DNA of 63,653 bases, filler included, from Folioceros fuciformis (lineage: Eukaryota), in assembly GCA_049999805.1 (NCBI GenBank). It is 7 parts of 7 records of this genome, joined end to end, with 100 filler letters (N's around TTAATTAATTAA, not from the genome) between each part and the next. Parts side by side here need not be neighbours in the genome. Positions count along the whole stretch, not along the records: positions 45,071 to 53,351 come from JBNGIO010005099.1; positions 53,452 to 61,630 come from JBNGIO010005100.1; 5 more parts are not named here. The stretch is one strand, 5' to 3'. The position numbers were made by a program, and so were the translations under genes. Below, piece after piece: positions 45,842 to 58,805 of the stretch. Within the stretch, counting starts at the first letter, position 1. Each line of letters begins with the position of its first letter. The notes below the pieces were generated by a model. It was given only the letters and a program-made list of their open reading frames with translations, was not told where the DNA came from and made no database searches.

Positions 45842-47470
45842 GAGAGTCAGGAAAGGAGGAGCGAGAGCAGTGTCACACATCCCTTCAGGGTAGCACATAC
45901 GGTCTACTGGAAAACAAAAGGTGACACTTGCAGTAAAGCCCTTGTACCTCCTAGTTCCACACGCACATGGACAGCTAGGTTAAACACACGGTCTCCATTC
46001 ACATAGAGGCAAGAACATAAGTTGTGGTCCTGCTACTTCGTTGAACCTTCCATTTTCCTTTTACCCGGCTTCGAGCTTCGTCCCGTTCTCGTTTATACCT
46101 ATCTGCAAGTTTCTAGACTTTCTCCACTGCAGCCGCCTCCTGCTCCTGGGCTCTCAAGAGCTCCTATTGCATCTCCTGGTTGGCCTCATGAACCTCCGGA
46201 CTTGAGTCAGGAGCAGCTCCTGCTGTTCCTTCAGAGTTTGCATCTCCTCTCGGGCTCGGCGTGCTTCCTCCTGCGCCTGTTCGTTGGCTGCACTCAGGGC
46301 CTGTCAAGCTTCGTCCAGTTGCTGCCAGCCTGCTTCGGCCTTAGACATATTGTTCTATGTCTCCTCCTCCTTTTGCCCCTGCATGCTCAACCAAGTCAGC
46401 GCCCGTGTGGCTTGGTCGAGCATGTCTGCATGTGCCGGAACCATGGCCGTGGTTAGGCCCGGTAAATCCACCTGTTGGGGTGCGCTTCCAGTAGCCATTC
46501 CCCTATCCAGAATCCTTCTCCCCAGCAGCATGCGCACCCTAGCTAGATCTTTCTTCTGCAACTCTGCCACCAAAGGAATGGCCCTGAAAATCTCTTCCCA
46601 TCCCAGAAAAGGTTCAATCCCCCAGAGCCAACTCCACCTTTCCTGCCACCTCAGCCGGTCTCGCTCCTTCCTCTGACGCTATTTTCTTGGGTTCCGTCGA
46701 TTGCCTATCGCATATCTTCCGGGTAACATCCTGCAGCGCCAAATCGCCCGCTGCTTTGGTGGTGCGCTCACCAACCTTCCTTTTCTTTGCGGGCCTTCCG
46801 CCCAGCTCTTGCCTTCCTCTTCCTGCTGGCTGTCGTCTCCTCCTTTGAGCTCCCCGTGGCCCTAGACTCCTAGCTGCTGGACTCGACTTCCTTATATAGG
46901 CTTCCTAGAGTTTATTCAAATACCAAGACCCAAGGACCGAGTAGCCCCTATCCCGACCTCACCCCTGGTCCAGCTATTGGTCTACCTCAAAACTTCAAGA
47001 CCCAAGGAGGTCTTGTGTATATATACCCCGGCCTATTCTCAACTTAAGCCGCTTTTGCTCTTATCTCACAAAAAGAAACAAAAAACCACCAAGTTTGGCA
47101 CTTGGGGAGAAGATTCCTTAACATTTTTTCTTCTACAAGAGCCCAACAAACGATTCGGGGGATAAGGGAAGGTGACCGTCCACTTAGTAGATGATTTGCT
47201 AATTCGTCTCCCTCACCACCCGTTGGGGAGCAAAGGACTCTCGACTTCTCCTCAGGGATGTCACGCATACACTGCCCACCCAGACCTCTCCTATCCGGTC
47301 ATGGATAGCGCGGGGCCTTGCCCGGAATGAGTCACCAATTTTTGCTGCTTAGTGAGGCGCCAACAGGCCTCTTTGTACACACGACGGGCAGGATCACAGC
47401 CACCATTAAGTTCAGTCTTCAGGCAATCAGGTGCTCTTAATTATGAGCAGCATCAAGTCCAAGAAAGCAT

Positions 47471-50400
47471 TGTTGGAATAACGTTTCGTTATATATTTAA
47501 TCTAGGAGTATGCATCTATAGATAACCTAACTAGATTAGGGTTTGAATATAAATACTTTAATTTTGTGACATCCCTTATTCTATATTTTTTCCATTTTGC
47601 TCATATATGTTGGTCACTCTTCGTGCCCCTCGCACTACACGCACAATATATCAAGCTATCTTGATTGCTACCCAGCGCACTGTATTTTAGATATGGTATA
47701 AGAGCACCAACGCTGGTGATTATGCTGTAGCTAAGATGCCGAGGAACAGATCGAGCTGTGGAGCTGGTGGTAGAGGAGGTTTTGTCAAATCCTTCTCTCG
47801 ACCTCTCAACAGATCATTTGTGCCCTCAAGCATCCCCTGGATTGAGACTGAATCGAAGGCTGAACGTGATCAACGAATTCTAAAGAATTATTGGCATTGT
47901 CAGAGTCGCAGGGACTCCCATCGTCAAATGCATAAAATTGCTACATCTAAATCTTGCAACAGTTGTGGCAGATTTTTAATACGAGATCACTTTGCAGCTA
48001 GGCCACCCTTGAGGTGACCACATTCTGCTCCACAGTCCTGCACGAGGAACACCAGCACATCAGCAAACACATTACTGGATTTTCAACCTCAGATACAAGA
48101 TGTGGAAGGTATATTGAATGCTGCTGTCCAATGGCAAGAATCTTTTTCCAAATGCCTGGACTCAACAGACTTGAAGATCCACAAGATTGCTGCTAAGTTT
48201 TCCTCAGAAATTGACAGACTGACCAGGCAATTACAGATTTTAAACATAACACTCCGTTCCTCTGATGAGGAGCGCTCAGATTGATCTAACCTCTCTGGTT
48301 CTTGCCTAGGGATCGTGAGATGGAGAGGTTTTTCATGGATTGTGCTGTCCTTTCTGCTTATTCCCCTGCCATGTGGCTTTCGCTGTCCCAGCACAAGTGG
48401 TTAATAATCGTTTCTTAAATCTCTTTGCCCTAGGAAGAAAGTCGGTCGGCTAGTTTTTTCTGCTGAATCAACCATGAAACCCTAAAATGGGTTCTGTTTT
48501 TAAATAACTACTTACCTGTTTGAAATGAAGGTCTTGTCTGTCTGAAGGTCTTACCTGTCTAATAGGAGGTATCCCCTTTACATGTCAATCAGGGATCAAC
48601 TCCTTAATTTTCCTATGTCCCCCTACATCATCCGTAGAAGAGATCTAGGTTTTCTGACACCTCCACCTAGCCCTCCTGCTCGCCCACCGAGATCTTCTAC
48701 TCCACCTCCTACTCCCCCTCCTGTTCCATCACGTGTGCTGCCGAATCCACCCTTAGTACCACCTGTCACAATGTCAACTCCGACTTATACAGCAGAAGTT
48801 AAGGACAAGGACATGTTCAATGGAACCAAGTTTGAAGTATGGCGAGTATGCATGACAACAACTCTGCGTGCAAGAGGTGTTTGGCCAGTGGTAGATGGCA
48901 CATATGCCGAGCCTGTCATCCCTGTTGTTGGTGCTGCAGCAATAGGGACCACAGTTACCCAATCTGATGTTGATAAGTAGAACACACTCAACAGCATGGC
49001 TGTCGCTCTTTTGATCAATGGATTTGATGAAGTCCTGATTCTAGACGTGCAGTCTCTTACAAAAGCACATGAAATCTGGACTCAGCTTATGGGTACATAC
49101 GCCGTAAAAACAATGCTTTCGAAGTGTGCAGCAAAACAGGAGTTCTATACTTTGAAGATGCGGGAGGGTGAGAGTGTGGCTGTCCACACTAGCAAGTTTC
49201 GTCACCTTCGCTCCCGCCTTGCTCAGTTGAACTCGATGATGACAGAAGAGGATGCTATAGCTCAGCTTCTTCTCAGCTTACCTGCATCATATCAGACATT
49301 TGTGTCACTTTAGAATGGACCTCTTGCCGTAGCAGGTCAGAATGTAGCAGCTGGCAATCCGGCTGCCATCACCTTGGAGAGTGTAATTGCTGCACTCTAT
49401 CAGGAGGAGCAGAGCCGGCTTAGACACAGCTCAACTGGTTCTGGGAAAATTCGTACCGACCGAGTTTTGTACACCTCACCTCAGCGTGGAGGTTATGGGA
49501 GAGGGCGAGGCAGAGGAGGAAGACCTTCATTTCAAGGCCGACAACAACAAACCTCCACTGCTGGATCCTCTTCATCGACTTCAAAGAAGCCTGGTAGCTG
49601 TAACTGGTGCAACATACCAGGCCATTGGGAGAGGGACTGCCGGCGCAAAAAGGCTGGCGAGCCTCGTCGTCCCAAACCAGAGGTCAATTCAGTGGCCAAG
49701 GAGAGATCTTTGGCTGAAGGAAGCAAGGGTGTGGTGAAGATTTACACCATATGTCTTTCTTCTTCTTCAAGTGATCCTGGCAATTGGTACTTGGACTCTG
49801 GAGCGACTGCCCATATCTGCAAAGACAAGAGACTGTTTAGCACCTACAAGAACTCACCCAACTCTAAACAGGCTGTTTTGCTTGGGGACGAACAGCAATC
49901 CACGAGTTTGCCCATCAAAGGCTATGGTACCTGCCGTTTCCTGATGACTGACAATTCAGTTTTGCATGTGCCAGGAATCTTGTACTTACCAGGCATGGCG
50001 AAGAACCTTCTCTCTGTAAGACTTCTCGCTATCCATCACAACCTGGAGTTTCGATTCTTTGGCACCACTTGTGAAATCTTCAGGCGAGCTTCCAGTACAC
50101 AATGTATTGGTCGTGGAATACCCGATTCTGAGCTTTATTGTCTGGATGTGCTATGTGAAGTTACATCAACTCCTGTTGCCATAGCAACCACACCTTTACA
50201 CTTGCCTGCAACCAAACAAGCCAAGTTGTGGCATGCCCGACTCGGCCATGTCAACAAAAATTCATTAATCAAGATGTCAACTGAAAACTGCTATGCTGAA
50301 CCACTTCCATCTTGTTTCAAAGATTTACCTATATGCGAGGCCTGTCTGCTCGCCAAACAACGGGAGAAGCCTTTTTCACATGCTGGTTTCCGCAGTTCTG

Positions 50401-53351
50401 CAATTCTTGATTTAATTCATGCTGACATCTCTGGCAAGTTGCAGACTAAGTCAATTGGCGGCTCATTCTACTATCTGACCATCACCGATGATTTTAGTCG
50501 TTACACATGGACCTACCCAATGGCAAAGAAAAGTGATACATTTACCTGTTTCCAGGAGTGGTTGCCTATGGCACAGAGACAGTCTGGTCACCTTCTCAGG
50601 TGCATTCGTTCAGACAACGGCACAGAGTTTTGCAATAGTCTGTTTGACCAGTATCTACAAGAGCGTGGTATCATACGCTAGCTCACAGTGCCATACACAC
50701 CACAACAAAACAGTGTGGCGGAACGTAAGAACCAAACCCTCATGGGTATGACTAGAAGCATGTTGAGCTGGGCAAATTTACCTGGAGAGTATTGGGCCGA
50801 AGCAGTGGTTACTTCAACATATATTCTCAATCGGCTGCTCACTACCTCTTTACAAGGCAAGACTCCTTTTGAGATGTTTTGGGGCCGCAAGCCTAGTATT
50901 CTGCACTTCAGAGTTTTTGGATCTCCCGCCTTTGCCTATATCCCACAAGCTAAACGTCAGAAGCTAGATGATAGATCTAGAGCCCTTCTTTTTATAGGCT
51001 ACAGTGAAGAGGCAAAAGCATATAAATTAATTGATCCTCTAACCTTTGCTCCAATTTTAGCTCGCAGTGTCGTTTTTAAAGAGCTTGTTGATCAAGGATC
51101 TCCTATTACATCTGGAATGCTGCTGATTCTTATTCATCTGAAGATGAGGATACCACCTCAGATCTTGCTGGTTTTGACACACATCCAGTTCAGTTCCCAC
51201 AGGGGACTCTTGAAACTCATCACAATGCTGCTCCTATACCTGTTGTCCAATCTCCTGCTCCGATAGCAGTACAGCAACCTCCAGTCCCTGATCTACATCC
51301 TGGTGATCCTGATCTGGATTCCCTTGACATTAGCCAGGACCCTGAGCCCAACTTGGTGGCAGAACCCACTCCTCTTCCTGACCTTGACCTAGACCTGTCA
51401 AATGTAGAGGAGGATCTCTCACCACCTCCTACCATCCCAGCACCCAGACGTAACCCTGTTCGAGCACGTCCACCCCCTTCTCAATGGACAAAACCCCCAT
51501 ATGTTTCTCATGATTTTCAGCCCTCTGCCCATGCTGCCACTCCGGGCAGTTCACCTCTCCTCCTCAACCCTATTTCCATTGACGCTGCATATGCCAATCC
51601 TGATGCCCACCATTGGCAAGCTGCCGTAGAGGAGGAATATCAGTCTATCTTAAAGAACAAGACTTGGTTACTTACAGACTTCCCACCTGGTAGGAAGGCC
51701 GTTACATGTAAATGGGTCTTTAAGACCAAGTTAAATGCTGAAGGTGAAATCGCCAGGTACAAGGCTCGCCTCTGTGCCCGTGGTTTTACTCAAGTCCCTG
51801 GTTTGGACTACCAGGAGACCTTTTCCCCTGTAGTAAGAGCGCAATCCATTAGGATGCTGCTAGCAATCTCAGTTGAACAAAATCTCGAATTACATCAAAT
51901 GGATGTGTGTACCGCTTTTCTACATGGTGAAATCAAAGAGGAAATTTATATGGAGCAACTAGAGGGCTATGTGGATAAGCGTTTTCCTAGGAAGGTACTC
52001 AAACTGCTTAAAGCCCTGTATGGGCTCAAACAGAGTGCTATGCTATGGAACCAGAAATTAGATGAAGAACTCAAGGCTTTAGGGTTCGTGCAAAGTGCAG
52101 CAGACTCATCTGTTTATTACTTGATTGATGGCTCTGCCTTCTGCATCCTTGCTGTGTACGTGGACGACTACATCTTTGCCTGCTCAGACACACATATTCT
52201 CAACAAAGTCAAGGACCTTCTGAGGAAAAAGTTCGAGATGAAGGATGTGGGAACACTCAACTTCTGCCTTGGTGTTCAAGTTCTGCGCAACCGGGACAAG
52301 GGACTCATTGTCATTCATCAGAAGAAATACTTGACTGAAATTTTGAAGCGTTTCCAGCTTGACCAAGCATGGCCAGTCTCCATCAGTTATCGCATTTACC
52401 GATATTTGAAGGGTACCATGAATTACGGTCTCTTCTTCCAAGCTGGTCTTGCTTCTGGACTAACACTTTCCGCTTTTTCAAACGCAAACTGGGCTTCAGA
52501 TGTTGATTCCCGGAAGAGTCTGTCCACATACTGTTTCTTGCTAGCTGGAGGGGCCGTCAACTGGTCCTGCAAGAAACAATCGAGCATTGCATTGTCCTCA
52601 ACTGAAGCTGAGTACATGTCACTAACAGACTCAGCTAAGGAGGCTGAGTGGGAGAGGTCTTACCTAAAGGATTTGCACATTGAACAGACCAGCCCGACTA
52701 TAGTGTATTGTGACAACAGCTCTGCAATTGCTCTCGTGGCCAATCCCCGCTTTCATGCTCGAACCAAACATATTGACATCAAGCATCATTATGTCAGGGA
52801 CACAATTGCACGAGGAATAATTCAAGTTAAGTATATCCCAACTGCTGAGAACACAACTGATATCCTTACAAAGGCGTTGCCAAAACTCAAGCATTCACAA
52901 CACATGGAGTCACTTGGCATAAGAGACTTCAGCTACTTATTGCAAGGAACATGATAAGGTAATGCTGGTGACCCCTAACCTGTTGGATTTGGGGGGGTGG
53001 GGACCTAAGTCCCCTGGTTTTATATGTTCATCATAAGTTAAACTGTCGAACCCAGCTCTAAGGCTGTCCTACTCATCTGCCCACCTTTGTGCTCTGCAGC
53101 ACATAATAGAATGTTTTTCAGGTCAGTCCTAGTTAGTCACTGACAATTTTATAAGGATAATGCAGATTTTATTAAAAACATAAATTGATGATCGAGAGAA
53201 GAAGTTAATAAAATTGGGGCGTGTCTTTTCGCTAAGAGTCGTAACCCTAATGAAGAGGTATTTTTTCTTAAACCATGTATAGACCTAAGATATATATGTT
53301 ATCTAAATAGCTAACCCTAGGTTACTTAACATGTCGATAACATAACATCGC
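47471..53351 (+). mobile_element. Ty1/copia element, pseudogenised; 3' LTR not recognised before the gap
   Basis: PBS TGGTATAAGAGC at 47694; gag KDKDMFNGTKFEVW, CNWCNIPGHWERDC; WYLDSGATAH; WHARLGH; IRSDNGTEF; YVDD; RNase H ending at 52954; several stops. The LTR start is approximate. Confidence 0.92.
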
Positions 53352-56300
53352 NNNNNNNNNNNNNNNNNNNNNNNNNNNNNNNNNNNNNNNNNNNNTTAAT
53401 TAATTAANNNNNNNNNNNNNNNNNNNNNNNNNNNNNNNNNNNNNNNNNNNNCGCCCGGGCAGTGCGCTGTGCAGCACACAGCCCTGCGCAGCTTGGGAGA
53501 GACTTGCCCGGCCGCGGCCGCGGCCCCGGCCCCGGCCCCGGCCTGGTCTTGCCCACGGGTTACGGCCCACAGACCTTGGGCAAGGCATCCATCGGGAGTC
53601 GGGCCCCGGAGGCGCAGCAGAACTCGGCGCCCAGCACTGACAGCCAGCCAAGACCTGGACCCTGGAACCTGAAGCTTCAAGCCTGGAGCCCTGACCCGTG
53701 GGGGAGAATGGCCGGCGCCAGGCCGGTCGGAATGTATGATTGCGCGCGTGCGACTTCGCTGGACGGGAGCGCATCGCATGCATTTGCCATTACCCGGACA
53801 TGACCGGCATTTGGACTCGGGGTCGGACACGGAGGAGCGGGAGGAGGCAGGAGGCGACGCCATCTCCACTGCTCCATGCAACTCTGATACAACACGACTA
53901 TGGAAGGATGCAGGGCAACGGAACGTGAGCGCCATTGGGAAGAGCCGTGTCTCCCTCGTCCGGCCGCCCCACTCCTTGTCAATGAGCAGTACCGGCACCC
54001 ACACCTACTCACTAGCCACGCCTCACAAGCGAGCAAAGCAAACATTAACCCACCCAGCCAGCCTCCCAGCTACCTGCACCCACTGCGTCTACGTGCCCGC
54101 CCCCGCCATCACCGGCCACGCAGCAGCCACCTCTCCAAATCTCTGTCGGTAACACCGATGGCCTAGCTCGGCTCCTCGGGAGCCGAGGCCGGGCCCGGCT
54201 CCGGAAACGGACGAGGACGACGCGGACGCCTACTGCACACGGCACGAGCTAACCCGCCCACTGCCCACATCCAACATCCACTCGTTGCCCACCAACAACA
54301 CCTCATAAATGTGTATTTGTTTACTCACGCTGTTGATCACCTCAAATAACTCGCTTGTACTTTGGATGCTGCCAAGTACATACATCCGGCCCGGCTCTCG
54401 CCACCCGCCACGCTTGTGAGCGCGGAGCGCGTCATGTGATGTGGGGACCGATCATCCCGAATTGTAGGTGAGGTACACCTCATAACTTCAGCCCGCAATT
54501 GGGGCAGGGAATGAGATTAATGTCTAGCTAATACGTATGTCTGTGTGTACTGTGCTGCTTCAATCCTCCTCCTCATCCTCGTAAATGTGATTCCTCCGTC
54601 AAAGCATAATCCAAGCCAGGCAAGGTGGGGGGCCCGGCGCCAAAGCTGCAGCACCAACAGCAACAGCCACCAGCAGACGCAGCAGCAGCAGCAATTCGGG
54701 AACCCATTCGGCACACATGGCGCCTCCTGCCCAATTGGCAAATTGACAGTGGCCGGGACCAGGCCCAGGGTCCACACCACACGCACACATGCTCTGCAGT
54801 CTGCTCACCGCACCACTGCTCTCTCCACACATCCTCCACGCCCTGCAACCGGCGCCAGGATGCGCCCGAATCGGGGCCAGAATCCGGGCGTGACACCCAA
54901 TACTGGCCCAACTTCCTAGCTGGGAGCGTGGAAGCGACGCACACACGCCCGACCCTTTCCTTTGCTTTCCACTTGCACACACGTCACCATACGGCCAGGC
55001 CTGGACTGGCCTTGGCCTTGGCCTGGCCTGTGTAAGACTAGAGAAGAGTGCAGTGCAGTGCAGTGCAGTGCCTTGTGCATGGATATCCAATCACAACTTT
55101 GTCCGGAGATCCAACACGCTCCCATCAAACTTCATGTGGACAAGGCCTGCTCAAAATCTCTACCCTTCATCCCATGGGATGGGACTGCTACAACCCGGAC
55201 AAGACAAAACTTCTCCTCCAACTCCAACTTCCATTCCCACATATGTACATACATACGCACAGAGAACTGGAACACGCATACATATTTAGTGCAGGAATCA
55301 TTTTTTACTCTTTAAACCCTAGATATTTATTACTATTATTATGACTTTATTTCTCTACACACCACTCCAAGATGTATGTGTGGATGGAATGTGTCATATG
55401 TAACACTACTTCACACCTTCTTTCCAAGGGTTGGATGAGCTGGAGAGAAATTTTGGTATGATAGTTCTTTCTCCTTCTTTTCAACTATGGAGCTAGGGAC
55501 AATCCTTGAGCTTGACTAAACAACCATAACACCTCCTTTTAGAGAAGATGTCAAATGTACCATACCACTTTAAAAAACTTGCCCTTAGGCTTCACCATTT
55601 GCAAATCATGCAAAACTAAACCATTGTGGAAGTGAATACAGATTTCTCTCACAAGCTACCCTTTATACTTAACTAAACTCCATAATTAAGGGACCTCCAA
55701 TTTGTCATTGATATGGCTTGAACTTCACAACCATGGGAAGCTATTGTGGCTACTGAAGAAGCATTATAATGGGTGAAATGAAGACTTTATTAGGAAAACA
55801 AGACAAGAAAACTGGAGAGCGAGAATTGAAGGAAAACGACAAAGCCCATTACATTGAGAAGGCCATGTATAAAGTTAGGTCAGATATGTAATCATGGAAA
55901 CCATGAGGGTCCATTCATCCAATAATGTCCGTTCAGGGATTGTTTCCCGTTATCACCCGTCAGATAGGTGTAAATGTCTTTTGTTGTTTTCTATAATGAA
56001 GTCTCTAGTGAGCCGTTAGCATACTTTGTAATGGAGCCGTTGTGAATCGTTTCAATAAAAGCTTTTATACTTGTTTTTGTGTCTAGTTACTAGATAGTGC
56101 AATCTGCTGGAATGTATGGAAGCATTAATAATAGAAACTTGCCAGCCAAGCAAACCATTTGTTTAGGTGACCATCAATCAGTGTTTTGTTGGGAGGTGGA
56201 AAGGAGATGCCCATTGAGCTGTACCGTGGAGTGAACGCAAGCCCAAGATGCAACAGGCATGAGTCGGCAGTGAGCAGCAAAACATTGGACATGGACAGAT

Positions 56301-58805
56301 ATAGGGACACAGACAGAGACGCGCAACGTGGAAATGGCTTGACTGAGAAGGAGGGCAAGGGGAAGGGCAAGGGGAAGGGGAGCCTGCATCTGGCAGCCTC
56401 CAGTCATGTCCAGCTACTTTTCTACACAGGCTGGGAGGACTAGGTGTGTGTGTGTGCAAGAGTCCCGTGAAAGGCCTCGCATTCATGCTGTTTGTGAGAT
56501 ATGGGACAGTTTCTAGGGAGGAGGGCAACATGTCTACCCTTCCCCCGGGATAAGCGAGCACACTTGCGTCCAAATATGCGGACCGGACCGGTGCACTCCA
56601 GGAACCACCCAGCACTTGGCCTTACCCCGCCTCCTCATGAGTCAGCGCCAACCAAATATCCCATTGTCTGGAAGGCCATGGAAGTGGTGTGAGTGAACCG
56701 TTGCCAAGTCAGTCACCACAGTTTGCCTGCCTGTTGCTCCTGTCTACTCTTTCCTTTGCGGTCAAGCGGCGCAATGTGAAAAGGTTCCGGACACGAGGTG
56801 ATCTACCGTGCACAGACATTCACCCACGCATGCGAGCGGATCAAATGCGGTCATCTGTGCAGGAATCAGGCAACAATTCCAGAAATGTCTCAAGGCATGC
56901 AACCTCGGCAGGAGCAAGATGCCGCCTACTCCGACAGGACAAGAAGGTAGGAAGCATTCAAAGTCAATGTAGACTAAAATTCGCGCGCCTACAGGCTACG
57001 ATATTCCACACCTACTTCTCCACCAGCCGAGACGCAGCAGCTCCTGGCCGTTGGAATTCTGGTCCAGGACCCCAGAAAGAAGGAAGGAGGGGAAAAAAAA
57101 AAAAAACAAAAAAGCAAAAGCCAAATCCCCATTGGACCCATATGGAAGCACCTTTCCTTGCCTTGCGTCGCACTTCCACTTTCGCAAGCCCCATGGATCT
57201 GGGATGCCTCGAGCTTACAAGACGTGTCCTGCAGTTTCAAACGTGTCGTCCGTTGTGCTCGTCTCCAGTGCCCCTGCGTCGAAGTCACCGTCAAACTGTG
57301 CAAAACGGGAAGCCTGAAGGGAGATAAAACCCAAACCGGAATCCATCAGGAGTCAGGACCACAAACCCAAAGCCGAAAACCATCAGGACCAGAAAGCGTG
57401 CTACAGCTCTTTTGTCGGTCGTGTATCGGGTTTCGAGAAGCTAACCTTGAGCTTGGCATACTGGGAGACGCTATCTGCTGCTGTCTGCATCTTCTCTCTG
57501 TCCGCTAGTTTGTCATGCGCTGTCCGTGACCTAGGACTTGCTAGCTGTAGCATCCAGGCCTGCCCCGGGGAGCCTTGGAGTCGACCCTTGACTGTTAAGG
57601 TCACAAGGTGTGTGTTCCAAGTGGGAACGACATTCTAACACCCCCCGGATCTACAGCAGTGGCGTGATTGAGGTATTCCGACGCCGAGATCTGTGATGTG
57701 GAGGACCATGTGATGCTGACGTTTTCTTGACCGGAGTGGGATGAGCACGGACTTGCCCTTTCGATGGAGGGTGAGCGTGGCCGGTTGATTTTGCGGAATA
57801 CAGGAGCATAATGCTAGCTGCAACAACACTGTTGAGAGTGCAAATTGTGTGGCCCAAGGATTTCCAGCCGCTTCGAGCTGTGGCGGTGCTGATGTAGGCT
57901 CCTCAACGTTTGCGTCTGTTTGGTCATGAATCTGAGTCATGGGTAAGAAAATTGCAGCGGCCACTGCCCAGCTGTATGCCGACGTCTCTCTCAGCGCTGA
58001 TGTCATTACCACGCACTACTTATGCATGGGGAGCACCGGATGTGTGATTGTAATAGTTGCAACGTTTGTGTCGACACCGTCCTTCGGCCATCTACGACTT
58101 CCACGGTTTTTTTCGTCTAAAAGCCTGTCTCTTCTCGTCAAGTCCAGACAGCTGTTGTCACCATGTCTGCGATCGAGCTCTAAAGACGCCACCCACGTTG
58201 TTGTGGAGAATGTCAGCCCAAGAACCGGCTACTGCATGTGCGCGCCAGTAACGAAACCTGCCTTTGCGCGCCTTCCGACTATTAAGCCTTATTGCCGAGT
58301 TTGCAGACAAAGTTCCGGGCATCGTGACTTATGGAGAAGCCAGACAATTGTCATGATTTCGCCATGCTGTCCACAGTAGAATCTGGCAACGCTGGTGATC
58401 CATTCTGTTCGAGCATGAATGCACGAGAGAAGTTAGGGAGGCAGCTTGCATGTCTGCCAACGTGTGCAATACCTACCTCATCCCGCCGTCAGAGCTGGCG
58501 GACCGGGCATCCTTACCTACGCATTCACCAAAAAAAAAAAAAACAGTTCGTGATTGAACGGAGCCGAAACGCAATCGATTAGGGCTTCCTGTCAGTTCCG
58601 CGTTCTATGGAATGCAGATACCCGGTGGTTACCCAAAGAATCCTGACAGCCGGTAGCAGCCCTTGGTTTTGAAAATACGATGAGATTCTGCTCCACCTGC
58701 AATCCGTTTCAATCCTCCTCCTGTCCAAATGTCGTGCTGATACCTGCCAATCTGTTATGTGCTGCCCGTAACAAAGCTTGCTGCTCGTCTGTGCTACGTG
58801 CATCC

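Noticed and set aside
53452-58600. GC-rich region with many overlapping ORFs, a possible first exon (MASPPASSRSS at ~53864, minus strand) and minus-strand donor sites near 58470-58520
   Set aside because: No consistent exon chain or protein family could be built; it may hold UTRs or a gene start, but this cannot be supported from sequence alone.
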